From positions 158,348,001 through 158,412,000 of the forward strand of contig NC_042999.1 of the NCBI RefSeq assembly GCF_006345805.1: a stretch of DNA of 64,000 nt. The letters are read 5' to 3'. Under the pieces are notes generated by a model. It saw only the letters and a program-made list of their open reading frames with translations, ran no database searches and had not been told where the DNA came from. Within the stretch, counting starts at the first letter, position 1. Every line of letters begins with the position of its first letter. This DNA is from Octopus sinensis. Its lineage: Eukaryota. A program made the position numbers and the translations under genes. Below, one piece after another: positions 1 to 12,700 of the stretch.

Positions 1-720
1 TAGGCATACAAGTTGAGGAAACAAAATTGGATAGGAGCGGTGATGATGCTCCTCTGCCAAATTGAAGAGGAACAGATAGAAAATATCCCCGACTCTATCA
101 TCCTGAGAGGAGGAAAGAGCCTGCATGATCGTTTCTCTTTTTTTCTCTTATTTTGGATATTCTTTATCCACAGGATTTGTTTGGGTGGTAGTACTCCTGT
201 TTGGATGGGTTTGAGGGAGTATCCAGCTTCTTTTGTGGCTGCAGTGGCTGCTGCATATGTTATGACATTTAGCTCAGTGAGACTGCCATCTGTTTTGTGG
301 CTATTATTTCCGTGACGGCCAGGTTTCTGCTATTTATTATCATTATGTTGCTTTTTCTTTTATTATTATTATTATAATTATTATCATCATCATCATCATC
401 ATCATCATCATTATTATTATTGTTTGAAAAGATATAATGATTCGTCGTGGCTTGTAGGCTTTCTTTGAAATTTATTTTATTATTTGGTATCGGAATTTTT
501 GCTTGGCGGTTTACTAAATAAGCCAGCTCGCTTTGTTTACAGCGAGTTGGTTTAAAGAAAACTTTTCTCTTTAAGGGCGATTTTTGATATTTAAAATTCA
601 ATATTTAACAATTCAGAACAAAGAAAACTACATGGCTTTCTAGATCGAGCGAAGTGATGACTGTTTGAACAGCCATTATCTTCCCACCATTAGTTGATAT
701 GACCGAGGGACAAATCGCAG
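1..720 (-). mobile_element. Degenerate R4/Dong-like non-LTR retrotransposon fragment (N-terminal ORF region)
   Basis: Minus-strand translation gives ELNVITYAAATAATKEAG...PPKQILWIKNIQNKREK, resembling the N-terminal IYAAA...PPWxRR block of R4/Dong ORFs. Interrupted by ATT/CAT microsatellites. Confidence 0.45.
360..422. repeat. (ATT)n/(CAT)n microsatellite
   Basis: Direct reading of tandem triplets. Confidence 0.9.
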
Positions 721-721
721 C

Positions 722-797
722 CAACAACAACAACAATAACAACAACAGCAACAACAACAACAACAACAACAACAGAAGCAGCAGCAGTAGCAGTGAC
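722..797. repeat. (CAA)n/(CAG)n microsatellite
   Basis: Direct reading; explains the poly-L and poly-V ORFs in the track. Confidence 0.9.
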
Positions 798-1268
798 GAG
801 TAGGAAAAAATTAGAAATGACACAAACATGATCTTCAAAACCTTTCCCCACCGCTACCCCCAACAGAAACGTGAACAGAATAGAAGCAGTGGCCGTACTT
901 ATTTCTAAAAGAAATTGGAAACGGTTTTGCACGAGCATGTCGTCGACTAGTGAAAGATGAAATGCCAGAAAAGACGTTGAACAACGCCAAAGCACACTTA
1001 ACAAAGAATGGCAGAATAGCATTTTTAAACACGCCACAGAAACTGCAGGAAGATACTAGAAGAAATACTACCACATACAAATGTATTTCAGCAAAAACCG
1101 GGAGACTGGAGCGAGTGACGCAAACTCAGATTGAAAATGCTTAAGACCAGTTTCAGGGATACAAACTAATTTTGCCCGTGGAAAACACTTTGGCACATTT
1201 GAAGTAAGATTCAGCAAAGGTATCACCAGAAGTGGACATCTCTTTGCCAGTGGCAGCTATATACGACA

Positions 1269-1665
1269 TCTTTATATATAAAAGAGAGGTTGTGTGCTGT
1301 CTGTCTCCTACGATTTAGATTCCTAACTACTCCCACGTTTTGCGGTGCAGTTTAACCAAAACCGGGTATCTTATAGTCGTGATTCATATCGAGCCCTTCT
1401 GGTATTAGCGCGCGTCTACGATGAGTCTACGATTTAAAAAAAAGTTTACCATCAATTTTCCCCATTTTTAATGCATTTTTGGCATATATAAGGGAAGTAA
1501 CTCTCTAAAAATTTATTATTAAATCTCAGAACGTAAAAAGCTACAGTAACACCACCCCCCTTTGTGGTTAGCCATATTGAGATGGCTATTATACTTTACA
1601 TCCATAAAAATGCTTATATAGTTATTTCCCTTACAAACCCGAGCAACGCCGGGCGATACTGCTAG
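1269..1665 (+). mobile_element. Non-autonomous Helitron, copy 1
   Basis: Starts with TC after an A (1268) and ends CTAG (1662-1665) before a T. Subterminal hairpin CCCG-agcaacgc-CGGG at 1638-1653, no TSD. Nearly identical to 56107-56502. Confidence 0.9.
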
Positions 1666-2574
1666 TAGAGAATAAAACAATAATTCTCCAAGTGAACAAA
1701 ATGGGAAAGGAAAATTAGTAAGGCAAGGGAATAGAATTATCAATACAGACCGATCAGGAGGTATCGAAGCTAATCTTGATCTGAATGACCGTAATGGTAC
1801 ATCGTTATTCGTAGCAGTAGAAGGCCAGGGATTCCACATGTGTAGCGACACAAATCACTTAAAGGCTTTCTGGCAAAGAAATGGAAAGCCACCGCTGCTG
1901 CAGATACCTCTAAGCACTACAACAATATCAGTACAAAAAGCAACAGCAGCATCACCAACAACACCATCACCAACAGCAACAGTGTCAAGAACGGCAGCAG
2001 CATCCAAAGCAACAACAACATCGATAGAAGGAACAACAGAAAGAATCCATTCAATAACATCAGCATTAAAATCTGGTACCACACCCGAGGACAAGGATAA
2101 CATCTCGTGCATCATCGCAACAGAGAGAAACTTCACCTATTCAAGTCGACCAGGCCACCAGCTTAGAAATGTGTGACTGTGCTGACATACGCCTGCCACT
2201 TGCTACAGATTTCTCGGGCCATGAAAGCTCGTTTAGCAAGGAAAACAGTTTGGAAAACTACATGAATGGACCATAGTTAAAGAAAAAGCAAAACATACAA
2301 AATGAATAAGTTCGGTGCAAGACTGAAAACGATAAGTTTTGAGAAAGATACACAGAAACCAACAAATCATGAAACATCCACGCACTCTTCACCAACATAG
2401 TTACAAACATCATTGGCACTATAAACACCTCCATTACAAACACTTCAACAAGCCAAAACTCATGGCAATCCAGATCAATAACATCAACAACACTCTCAAG
2501 ACTTCATCAATTACGCAGCGATAGACAAAAACAAGAAATTAATAAATTAATAAAATATATTCTAAAATACACTC

Positions 2575-2880
2575 TGCAATGGCTCAGTGGTTATGGAAGC
2601 GGACTCGCGGTTTCAATTCCCAGACGGGGTGTTGTGTGTGTTTATTGAGCGAAAACACCTAAAAGCTCCATGAGGCTCAGGCAGGGGGTGGTGGAGACCC
2701 CTGTTGTACTCTTTCGCCCCAAAGTTCCCTCACTCTCTCTTCCTGTTTCTTGAGTAACGCTGCGATGCACTGGCGTCCCATCCAGCGGGCGGGGGGACAC
2801 ATACGCCACAGAAACCGGGAAACCGGGCCCATGAACATGGCTAGGCTTGAAAAGGGCGCATAAATAAATAAAAATGCACT
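2575..2880 (+). mobile_element. tRNA-derived SINE family C (tail variant 1)
   Basis: Head caatggctcagtggtt...gcggactcgcgg...ttcaattcccagac and core gtttattgagcgaaaacacctaaa are shared with 38418 and 62437. Ends gaaaagggcgcataaataaataaa. Confidence 0.8.
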
Positions 2881-4543
2881 AACATTACTTAAAATGAGTA
2901 CACAGCCATATCGCATAGTACCACTATTCACATAGAATTGTAAAACCAACACAACGAACTTACAAAAGACTGAAAGCAAAATATCCCAAAGGATGTCCGT
3001 GGAACCATCAACAAAAGACTCTATAAAAAATACTTCTGGAAACACCCACAAATAACCAAAAGCACAGAACATCTCTTTCTCCACCGAAATAAGGTGATTT
3101 AATTTATTCACTTTCTCTCTAACAAACCTGGCCTTGTTCAAGACCATAAATGCATGCGGCCTAGAGCCGCCTTAGAAACAGGGCCACCTCAGGTCACTTA
3201 GTTTGGATGTGGAAGCTATCAGTGAGACCAGGCCCTCTTATCGACCATCATATATGAAAAAGGTATAAGAGAATCAGATATTTTCAAGTTTGTTTTTGTT
3301 AGATTGTGGGCAATATCCATGAGAGCAATTTTTTGTAGTTCCGATATCTTGGAATTCCTGACATTTGGTCATTTTGTTTGAGAGTGCCATTTGGTATTGC
3401 CACAGAAGCTCCGGTGATGACGGATGTTGTTGTCCTTAGATGTCACATTTTAGAGGTCATTTTATCTACTTAATGACTTCTAGGTCATTTTATCAACTTA
3501 ACTTTTCAAATGTTTTTACAAAAGTGTTGGAGTCTGCTAGGATAAACATATTCATGAGCAGACATATCTATTGCTCCACTAGTTGCGCCTCTATATTTCT
3601 GAGGTGTCTGTAGCAATGTCTTTTACGACTGCAGAGTTTGATTCATTTACTACTATAATTTTTTTGCTTTGTAGTGAGAGTTATTTCTTCTGAGTATTTA
3701 GCGTGGGGTCAAGTATGATAACATAAATTTGAATACGTGTCATCAACTCGTGACTCTTTGTCTTTCTTTGTACAATGACTCCTGAATCACTATCTCTAAA
3801 ATATTCTTATAGAGACGGTAGGGTGTGATTTGACTATTATTTCTGTTTAACCAAGTTCATTGACTTTGTATTCTTCTTTCCAGTTTTGTTCATTTCAGTG
3901 TTAACTTTCTTTGATACGTTATAATTTCCCTTTTTACTTTGATTGTTATTACGCGTGGGACTGATGATGATTTTTTCACATTTGTTAAAGAATTCATTCT
4001 ATTGGTACTTCTATGGTTTCCATTTTTTACCATTATTTTCTTTTTGTATATCTTCTTTCTTTGAGTCGGTTTTTGAATTTCTGTTAAGACTTGTTAATCA
4101 CTTTTTTGGTGATTTTTTTCTAGTGTTTTGACAGCTCCTTTATGTGCGATCTTTTCTCTTGTATTGTTTTATTTCTTTTGTAGTCTTATGAATTTGTATA
4201 ACGTTAGTTCTGTTATGAAACTTCTTGTTTGTATTAGGCAATATTCTACGTGTATAATCAACAATATTCTACGTGTATGTAAGTTTATTTCCAGTGTAAA
4301 TCCTTCAATGAATTGTTTTATTTCAATTTTCTTTACATTTTGTTATTGTTTGTTATAAATGAATGTTCAATCACAAGAGTGTTCGTATTCATATTATCAT
4401 TCGCTTCATTTCTTTTCTCTTCACAACTCATAAGACTTTTTAAAATTGCTCAAGTATTTTGGATAAACTGCCATGTGTAATGGGAACGTGTAACTCTGCA
4501 ATGACTAGTGCAGCGTTATCTTTTTAATTTTGTTTTATCTTGA

Positions 4544-4544
<1 letters not shown>

Positions 4545-4590
<46 letters not shown>

Positions 4591-4591
4591 C

Positions 4592-4621
<30 letters not shown>
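4545..4621. repeat. (CTA)n(CTT)n compound microsatellite
   Basis: Direct reading. Confidence 0.95.
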
Positions 4622-4622
<1 letters not shown>

Positions 4623-4623
4623 T

Positions 4624-5040
4624 TGGTATGTTGATGTCGGCGAGATGTCTCCGCGAAACGTTGGATTTTATGATAATGTGTTTACTGAAGGAGAACTTTT
4701 CCATTTTGCAAACAAATGACATCGGAACATTTGAATGCCTCCCCGTTTGTCTAAGAGGAAATATCTGCCTGTCTCCAAGACATTTAAGGGATTATACAGC
4801 ATTTCCATTTGCTAACAACTCAGTACGTTCTCTATGATCCAAGGAGCTAAGCTTGCAACAAACGAAATGGCTTCGTTCAAGCCTAGAAAAAAATCTGGAA
4901 AGGAATAGAATTGATTTAGCTGGCACAATAAGTAGTTGTACGTAAACAGATGGAGTACGTAATAGTATTTCTAATAATGCTAGTGATAAGAGCAATTGCA
5001 GCCGTTTTGCTAGCATCGCTAAACAACAACTCGATAGAGG
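4624..5040 (+). pseudogene. PIF/Harbinger DDE transposase relic
   Basis: Frameshifted translation YVDVGE..RN...MPP...LPV...D.TAFPFAN...R...SKELSLQQ...E.....LA follows the Harbinger pattern YVDVGxxGR...GDxAFPL...LSRARR.VENAFGILA. Contains stops. Confidence 0.5.
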
Positions 5041-6409
5041 TTTGTTCCAAAGAAGAAAAGAAAGAAAAAATGAAAAGTGCTATGCTATATGACAAACTTT
5101 CTCCCCCGAGGAAATTAATTAAAGAACGGGCAAAAAGAAAGTCACGTATCATTGCTTTTTTCTTTAAAAAAAATAGCGGGACTACCGTATGATTTCAAAG
5201 GAAGAGATGGAAGAAACCTCGATCAATATATCGCAATATGTGTGCTCGACTGCAGGGTAATGCCTATGGAAAATGTGTTTGATCTTTAAGAACAATGATG
5301 AAAGGAGGAATTGTGTGGACTTGCTGCGTTACACCTTTAACCATAGACTGGTGTTGCAATACATAGGAAGCTGAGATATATTGGTATCTGTTAGAAATAC
5401 TTGTAGCAGGCTTGGCTCTTGCCTTGTCGTCTCATTTCTGACACAGTATAAGATGGCGGTGAGCGTATAGGTGGAACAGAATAACATGTGTTTAGGTAGA
5501 TACAAGTTCCGATGACGAACAAAAACAAAAACAAAAAAAATTCTTGAGCTATACTCTGTCGTGAAGCAAGGAACGAAATTGATTAGACTGGTGTTGCAAA
5601 CGATAAAGTCCACTTTATAAATGATAGTAAGACCATTCGAAGGCATTTTCTCTTGCGGAGCTGGAAGAGGGAAGTAAAAGAAAAATCGATGAATAACGAC
5701 AGAGTCAGCAACATTTACCGTCGGTTTGGGAAATGCTGTTTTCATGCAACCATTCGTCAGAACTCCGAGGATATCTAATGATCAAACCCAACGAAGTCTT
5801 CTTCTTGCAGTACTAACCTATTATACTTTAAAGTGCAAATGAAGGGTGGAAAGAGTCAAAAACTGTCGCAAAGAGCAAACAGGGGGAAAACACAATAGAA
5901 AATAAATGAACTGAAGCCAAGGGCGTGTAAGACACAGAAACTTCCACTAGATGGTATGAGTTTCATAAATATGAAAAGCACAAAAGTGATCCTGATAGAA
6001 GTAGTGAATGACACGAACGGAAGCGAAGAGGATGATGTGTTAATTGAAGAGGAGAAAATAGGATCAACTTTCAAAAGACGATCAGATGATAAGCCATTGC
6101 CATAACTGTACTATCATCATGAGAAACAAGCCTGTCCAGAAAACGTGAGATTCATGTGGTCTTATCCAACATGGTGGATATTCATGGATATTTTTAAGCG
6201 CGCTAGTTTCCTGGACTAGAAAGAGAAAGCTGTTAGATTGGTCGGATGCTCATCCAATCTATGTGGCGGCTTTTTACTAGCGCCTGTTAAACTCGGTTGT
6301 TTATTTATAACATTTTCGCCACTCACCATTTCTATATAGATATCTGAGTATATTCCTTAAAAACACTATTTGAATTAAGGACTTGGCTCTTGTGGGAAAC
6401 AAAGTTCAA

Positions 6410-6961
6410 AGTGATGCAGTACCAGACAGTGGCTATCATGTCTTCTGATCTTAACTGATTGGAAGTGTTATCATGTACATTGTTTTGTTTTGGTATAAAA
6501 GATGGGCTACAGCAAATATTCTGCTCAATACCACAGATTTACTTGTCAGTTGTTTGACCTTAACCAGTTGAGCATGTCCCTTAGTGGCTGATGATATGTG
6601 CATCTCTGATCATGAGCAGAAGTAGTGGGGGAGCATCATAACCATATGTTGAGAGGGATTCTTTGGGGTTTGAATAATTCACCTCTGGAAACATGGGTGT
6701 TTCGTTCAACATCATTAAACAATCCTTATTCAGGGACGTTTTGAGCGAGATGGGCTACTCGACCAGAAGAAAATTCTACCTGGGCCCTACCTGCAAGATC
6801 ATGTGCTGTTTATTTTGATATAAGATCACAATGTCGCGCACATATGGTTGTGATGCATGTGCCTGGTGTACCCTTATCAGACAGGTAGTCATGATGGGTA
6901 AACTGGGCTTCGTATATTTTACCCCAGTGTCACTTTGATGGGATGCACTGCTCTCCTCTCA

Positions 6962-7017
<56 letters not shown>

Positions 7018-7035
7018 TAATAATGATAACAACAA
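6410..7035 (+). mobile_element. LINE 3'-end element with (AAT)n tail, copy 1
   Basis: About 560 bp highly similar to 26572-27135 (gatgcagtacc...gcatgcactgctctc), ending in (AAT)n. Confidence 0.8.
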
Positions 7036-7227
7036 TGACTTCAAATTTTGGCACAAGGCTAGGAATTTCAGTGGGAGGGACGTAAGTAGATTACATCAAC
7101 TCAAATGTTCAACTGATACTTATTTTATCGACTTCTAAAAGATGAAGTGCAAAGTCTACCCCACCGGTATTTAAGCTATATAAAAAAAATGCCGCTAAGC
7201 ATTTTTCTCGGTGTACTACATTTTCTG

Positions 7228-7230
7228 CCT

Positions 7231-7268
<38 letters not shown>

Positions 7269-7345
7269 ATAATAATAATAATAATAATAATTATTATGAT
7301 GACAATCTTGGTGATGATGGTGATGATGGTGACAATGATAATGAA
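7228..7345. repeat. (CTA)/(AAT)/(GAT) compound microsatellite
   Basis: Direct reading. Confidence 0.9.
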
Positions 7346-7810
7346 ATTATTACTATTTTTATTGTTGTTGTTCTGTATTAGATGGTTTTCCTTTTGACTC
7401 ATAAAATGTTATTTGTTTTTGCTGGAACTGCTTTGTTTTGGTTTATTATTTTATGGAGTGGAGACATTTCGTTTTAAAAGGGCCCCTACTTCCTTGTATA
7501 AAATGTGTGTGGAGGGGGAGCAGCAAGTGTGGTCGCTAAGGGGCATCGCTTTGACATCAAAACAATTTCAACGCATCAAAAATTTTAATGTATAAAAAAA
7601 CTATGTTGATATCAGAACACACGCTCATTACACTTTGGATTAATAGGAGAGAAAATGATTCGTCTGACTAAGGCACTGAACAGCAGCGATTCCTCTTACA
7701 TAATCTCAAACGGCATTGGTTTGACTACCATCAGTACAAGTGAGGGAAAAAGAGAATACGCGAAAATAACGACAATGCTAACAACAATTACAACAATAAC
7801 ATCTATAACA

Positions 7811-8203
7811 GGCGCAGGAGTGGCTGTGTGGTAAGTAGCTCGCTAACCAACCACATGGTTGCGGGTTCAGTCCTACTGCGTGGCATCTTGGGCAAGTGTC
7901 TTCTGCTATAGCCCCGAGCCGACCAATGTCTTTTGAGTGGATTTGGTAGACGGAAACTAAAAGAAGCCTGTCGTATATATGTATATATGTATATATGTGT
8001 GTGTGTCTGTGTTTGTCCCCCTAGCATTCTTGACAACCGATGCTGGTGTGTTTACGTCCCCGTCACTTAGCGGTTCGGCAAAAGAGACCGATAGAATAAG
8101 TACTGGGCTTACAAAGAATAAGTCCCGGGGTCGATTTGATCGACTAAAGGCGGTGTTCCAGCATGGCCGCAGTCAAATGACTGAAACAAGTAAAAGAGAG
8201 TAC
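7811..8203 (+). mobile_element. tRNA-derived SINE family A
   Basis: Head ggcgcaggagtggctgtgtggtaag...gggttcagtcc, internal TA/TG tract, tail ccagcatggccgcagtcaaatgactgaaacaagtaaaagag. At least 8 copies in the window. Confidence 0.9.
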
Positions 8204-8417
8204 AATAGTATAACAAAATCGGTAGCAGCATCAAAAGCAACAAAAACAACAGCAGAAGTAACAGCAACAACATTGATAGCAGTAACAACAGCGACAACAA
8301 TAGCAACGGTAGCAACAACAACGAAAACATGTCCATTAGCAACAACTACAAGAACAAAATTAGTGACCTCAGCAGCAACAAAATAGCAACGATAATAATA
8401 GCAGCGATAATAATAAA

Positions 8418-8648
8418 GGCGGCGAGCTGGCAGAACCGTTAGCACGCCGGGCGAAATGCTTAGCGGTATTGCGTATGTCGTTGCGTTCTGAGTTCAAATT
8501 CCGCCGAGGTCGACTTTGCCTTTCATCCTTTCGGGGCCGATAAATTAAGTACCAGTTACGCAGTGGGGTCGATGTAATCGACTTAATCCATTTGTTTGTC
8601 CTTGTTTGTCCCCTCTATGTTTAGCCCCTTGTGGGTAATAAAGAAACA
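8418..8648 (+). mobile_element. tRNA-derived SINE family B
   Basis: ggcggcgagctggcaga..gttagcacgccgggcgaaatgc...gagttcaaattccgccgaggtcgactttgcc...gccccttgtgggtaataaagaaa; multiple copies. Confidence 0.9.
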
Positions 8649-11600
8649 GATAATAATAGCAGTACCAGCAACATTAATAGCAGCATCAACAACAATAGCA
8701 ACGATGACGACAAGCGGTAAGGGACAATTCTAAAGGCGAGCAAATTTTTTGCTGGCATGGCGGTGAAGGCGACGAAATACTTCTCACTCTCCCTAAACAA
8801 AAGGGAATCACGCCTGACACATGCGAGACAAGTTGTGAAAGTGAACGGGAGGGGTACGCATGTTACAATCCCAGCCGAAAATTTCGAAGCAACTGTACAG
8901 AAGACGGTGCTGTATCACTGTGTTGCTAAAACGTGACGCCAAGTAGTAGCAATAGAAACCCAGATGGAAAGAGCCTTCAAGGCTCTGTAGGTAGACATAG
9001 GCAGAGGCAGGTCTGTTCCGGAGTCCTTTGGTGTTAGGGCACATTAGTGATGTCCAGAAATTTTCTGCCGAGCAATATTATCGGAGATCACTGCCGGTTT
9101 GGAATAAATTCTACAGGCATGGAAGTGCCTATTTCTTTATTACAGGCATGGAAGTGCCGTCAACATTACGCACAGAGCGATGAAACCCTTCCGCGCACAT
9201 TCACTCATTAGCAGAGCATTGCTGGCCTGTGAAGTGATATTGAATACTTGTTGTCGCATATAGGAAGAACCCAGGTTTCTCCTGAGTCCACCGTCAAGAT
9301 CGTTCTGCTGTCTTCATCGCTTATGTGGCCTTACAGAAAGGGAGACACCTTACACTTTGGCTAAGCATTCAACTCTTTCGAGTTTCACTTGAATAGGAAA
9401 GTGAAGGTGGAGAGTAAAGTGCTGCCTTACATCAAATTTATCAAAAAGTGGATGAGTGTGGCAAAGTTGATCCAGGTTAATGGGTCTGTTCGGATAAAAA
9501 TTTAAAGAAACCTTTGAGTGTTAGTGAAAAGCAGATCAGCAGTCTAATCATAGATACAGCTTTGCTACAGAAGGTGTGGGCTCCTTCTTACCCAATTTCA
9601 GGCCCAAACTGCTGGGCACGTTTGGGATGGAATTTTTCGGACCCTATGATAAGCATATGGAAGTAGAAGGTAGTCAATACGATAGACTGTCTTGATTTAG
9701 TCGAGTGGATATGTTGTCAGCAACCGGTGTGTCGATTGTCCTTTCTAATTTCTTTAGGGGAAATTATTTTAATCATATTTCTGTTTAATATGCCCATCTA
9801 ATTATTTTGTGTAATTATAAGTACTTTTAACCGACCTTGTTGTGTAAGGTTTCTTCTTTTCCCATTGTATATATAAGAATTTGTTATATATCTCCATGTC
9901 TTTGCATTTTCATAAAAAAATTGTTAATGTATGAATGGACAATGGTGGCAATTTAAACGAACCAATTAGAAGCTTTTTATTATAATTAAACGCATTTTTT
10001 TCTGTAATCAACATTTTTATTATTTCGAAGTTAAGGGTCGTAAATTGATAGAATCGTTAAAACTGGTCAAAAAGGAATTGTGGCATTTATTCTGGAACGT
10101 AAATATCATATTTCAAATCCCACGGTGGTCAACTTTATCTTTTCTCCTGGGGTCGATTTGTAGTCAAGAACGGAATTCGAAGTTATCAACTATTGGCACC
10201 TTACCTGCAAAACATTTCAGGCATTGTACCTATGTTGTTGCATAAACATTAGAAATATTACTGCTGTTCTCTTCCCCACAATTTTTCTCAGTTTACATGC
10301 CTAATCAATAATAGCTAAAAGTTTTGTTAAAACAAAAAAACAAGGAAACAAGCAAACGCAAGTTGCTTCCATTAAATATATTTGCTGAATGAAGATAATT
10401 ACAAGATATTTACTACTAAAACCTTGAATGAATTCAGCATTAATTTTCTTTGTTAGCCTTTCAAAAATTTATATTATCAAGAAGGTTATCGTACAGCTAT
10501 AGCACAAAGTGAAAGATATATTTGTTAGAAACTAGCTAAATACTTTAACATTAAAAAGGCAATTAGTGAAAGAAATATGCTATTAATAGCATTCACAGTT
10601 TTACTCCATGTTTCTCTCTTTTGTAACTCCTCAGACACCATTATATATAAAATTCTTTAAGAAATGATAAAATATAGAAATGTTCTTTCATCAGAATACA
10701 TAAAACTGAAACCCATTTAGTCTGTCTATTTTGTTTGATATCGACTAATATTGAAATGCTTCCTAAAGTTCCCCTGAAACGCCATTTGCATTATATCAGT
10801 TCAAAACATTCCTTGTAGATAATCGGTTATCGTTTCCTTATAGTATGAAAAATATACTGACAAAGAAACACTGACTTCACTGAAGTTTTCTTTCATATAT
10901 GCAACGTAGAATTATTGAATACTGTATTGAATTTTAATTTCTGTATATTCGATCTCTGGTTCTAATCACATATTCTTGTCATGTTTAGCAAATAACAGTC
11001 CGTTTCTCGTAAAAATGCGCGTTCATTCAAACTTCGGATTGGAACTTACTCTCGATTAGGATAAGTTCCACGTTCAAAACTGCAACACTGTTTTTCTCCT
11101 GAGTCGTAATGTGCAACAGTTATTTACCATTGATGAAGAGCACGAAGAATTAAAATTTTTTTTTAGTTACTTTATCAACTCGTACACGGAGCTGCTGAAG
11201 AAGTAATATCAGATTCAAAATTAAATGAGTCAGTTTTGAAATCTGTCAATGCACCTACGTGGTATTTCGACTTGCAAGAAATAGCAGGCATAATTCTCTC
11301 AATTCGTTGCCCTGAAAAATGAATTGATTTGAAGGTGTGACTAAATTTGAAAGAGACTGAATAATGACGTCCAATATACACTATAACTGGAAAATGTCAC
11401 ATGGTCACTGCTGGAATACTTTTGGTCATAGGGCTGCACAATGCGGACTAACCGGAAGTAAACAGCAACAAATTGGCGAATATGAATAAAATTTAAGAGG
11501 AAGCAATTTGTTAAATATTAAAATTTGTTAAATATGTCAACTATGTACTACTTTGAAAATTTTAAACGCTTTTATATGACTTGATGATAAAGGCCTTAAA

Positions 11601-12502
11601 TGTTAGGGATAATTAAATAAGAAGTAGGGATATTTCTGCTTCTCTCAGTGACATTTCAACTGAAATAGAAACTGCTTTTCCACTACAGTACACGCGGAAA
11701 TATTGCAAGTAGTTTTACAGTCAACAATGAACGGATGTCACAGAATTTATTCTATTTGTGTAAAACTATATTGCGTGGAAGTTTATATGCGTGTGATACA
11801 AGTGTAGAGCCAATATCACAGCAATAAATAATGTAATGAATCATTGTTATATCTTTAAGGTGTCAATGTTACTATTCTGAAACAAGGGGTTTTACAGCAA
11901 TTGCAGTATGAAGTCATTGGTTATGTGAAGTTCAAATATAAACGTTTCATAGAATCGTTCTATAAATAACATATTAATCGATCATCATTTCTAGTGTTAC
12001 ATCATCGGCAATTAACGAAATTGTTCTCATTGATCTAAGAAGAACGATGCTATGTAGACTGCCAATGTGAAGCCATTAACCAAGCCAGCTTTTAACGTTA
12101 AATCCGTTGTCATAAATTATTTGAAAGACGGAAATCAGGTCCTAATGTTTAATTAGTTACTTCAATAGTTTACTGAGTAACAACATTGATTTCTAGTTAC
12201 TATATTGATTTGCAGAAGACTATAAATTTACTGCAAAAATGTGTTTTAGTTTCCAGTACATGCCTAATATAACATTGATTTCATAGACACAAATTTTCAG
12301 GGACGGTATAGAAGATTGAATCGCCTTGGTATATGCCTTGGTACATAATTTATCGAACTTGGGAGTTTGAAAGTACAATCCTTTCCCAAAAGGATTGGAC
12401 ATAGAGCATACAAATATAAATTTTCATACTACAAGTCCAATGATTCTTCTTTTCTGTTAATCCAATCCATCCATACTTGAATATCAATATTACGTTACGT
12501 TA

Positions 12503-12700
12503 AGGCCGCGAGCGTGCAAAATGCTTAGCGGTATTTCGTCCGTCTTTACATTCAGAGTTCAAATTCCATCAAGGTCGGCTTTACTGTTTATTCTTTCGAA
12601 GCCGATAAAATAAGTACCAGTTGAGTACTGGAGTCGATATAATCGACTTTCTCCCTTTACTGATTTTGCTGGCCTTGTGCCAAAATTTGAAAGCAATATT
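12503..12700 (+). mobile_element. SINE family B (diverged variant)
   Basis: gagttcaaattcc...gataaaataagtaccagttgagtactggagtcgat...gctggccttgtgccaaaatttgaaa. Confidence 0.75.

Noticed and set aside
1838-3200. Thr/Ala-rich ORF 1838-2176 and neighbouring A/C-rich frames as a mucin-like gene
   Set aside because: Low-complexity (ACA/GCA)-rich decayed sequence with no splice signals or recognisable domain, interrupted by a SINE.
7803-8445. Recurrent ORFs such as RQASFSFRLPNPL...WSARGYSRRHLPK and MFIERKHLK...
   Set aside because: Chance open frames inside SINE families A and C, repeated wherever the SINE occurs.
11167-11322. Exon-like frame LLYQLVHGAAEEVISDSKLNESVLKSVNAPTWYFDLQEIAG after a tttttag acceptor, with competing minus-strand frames
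   Set aside because: No recognisable homology, no partner exons found and the strand is ambiguous; cannot be supported.
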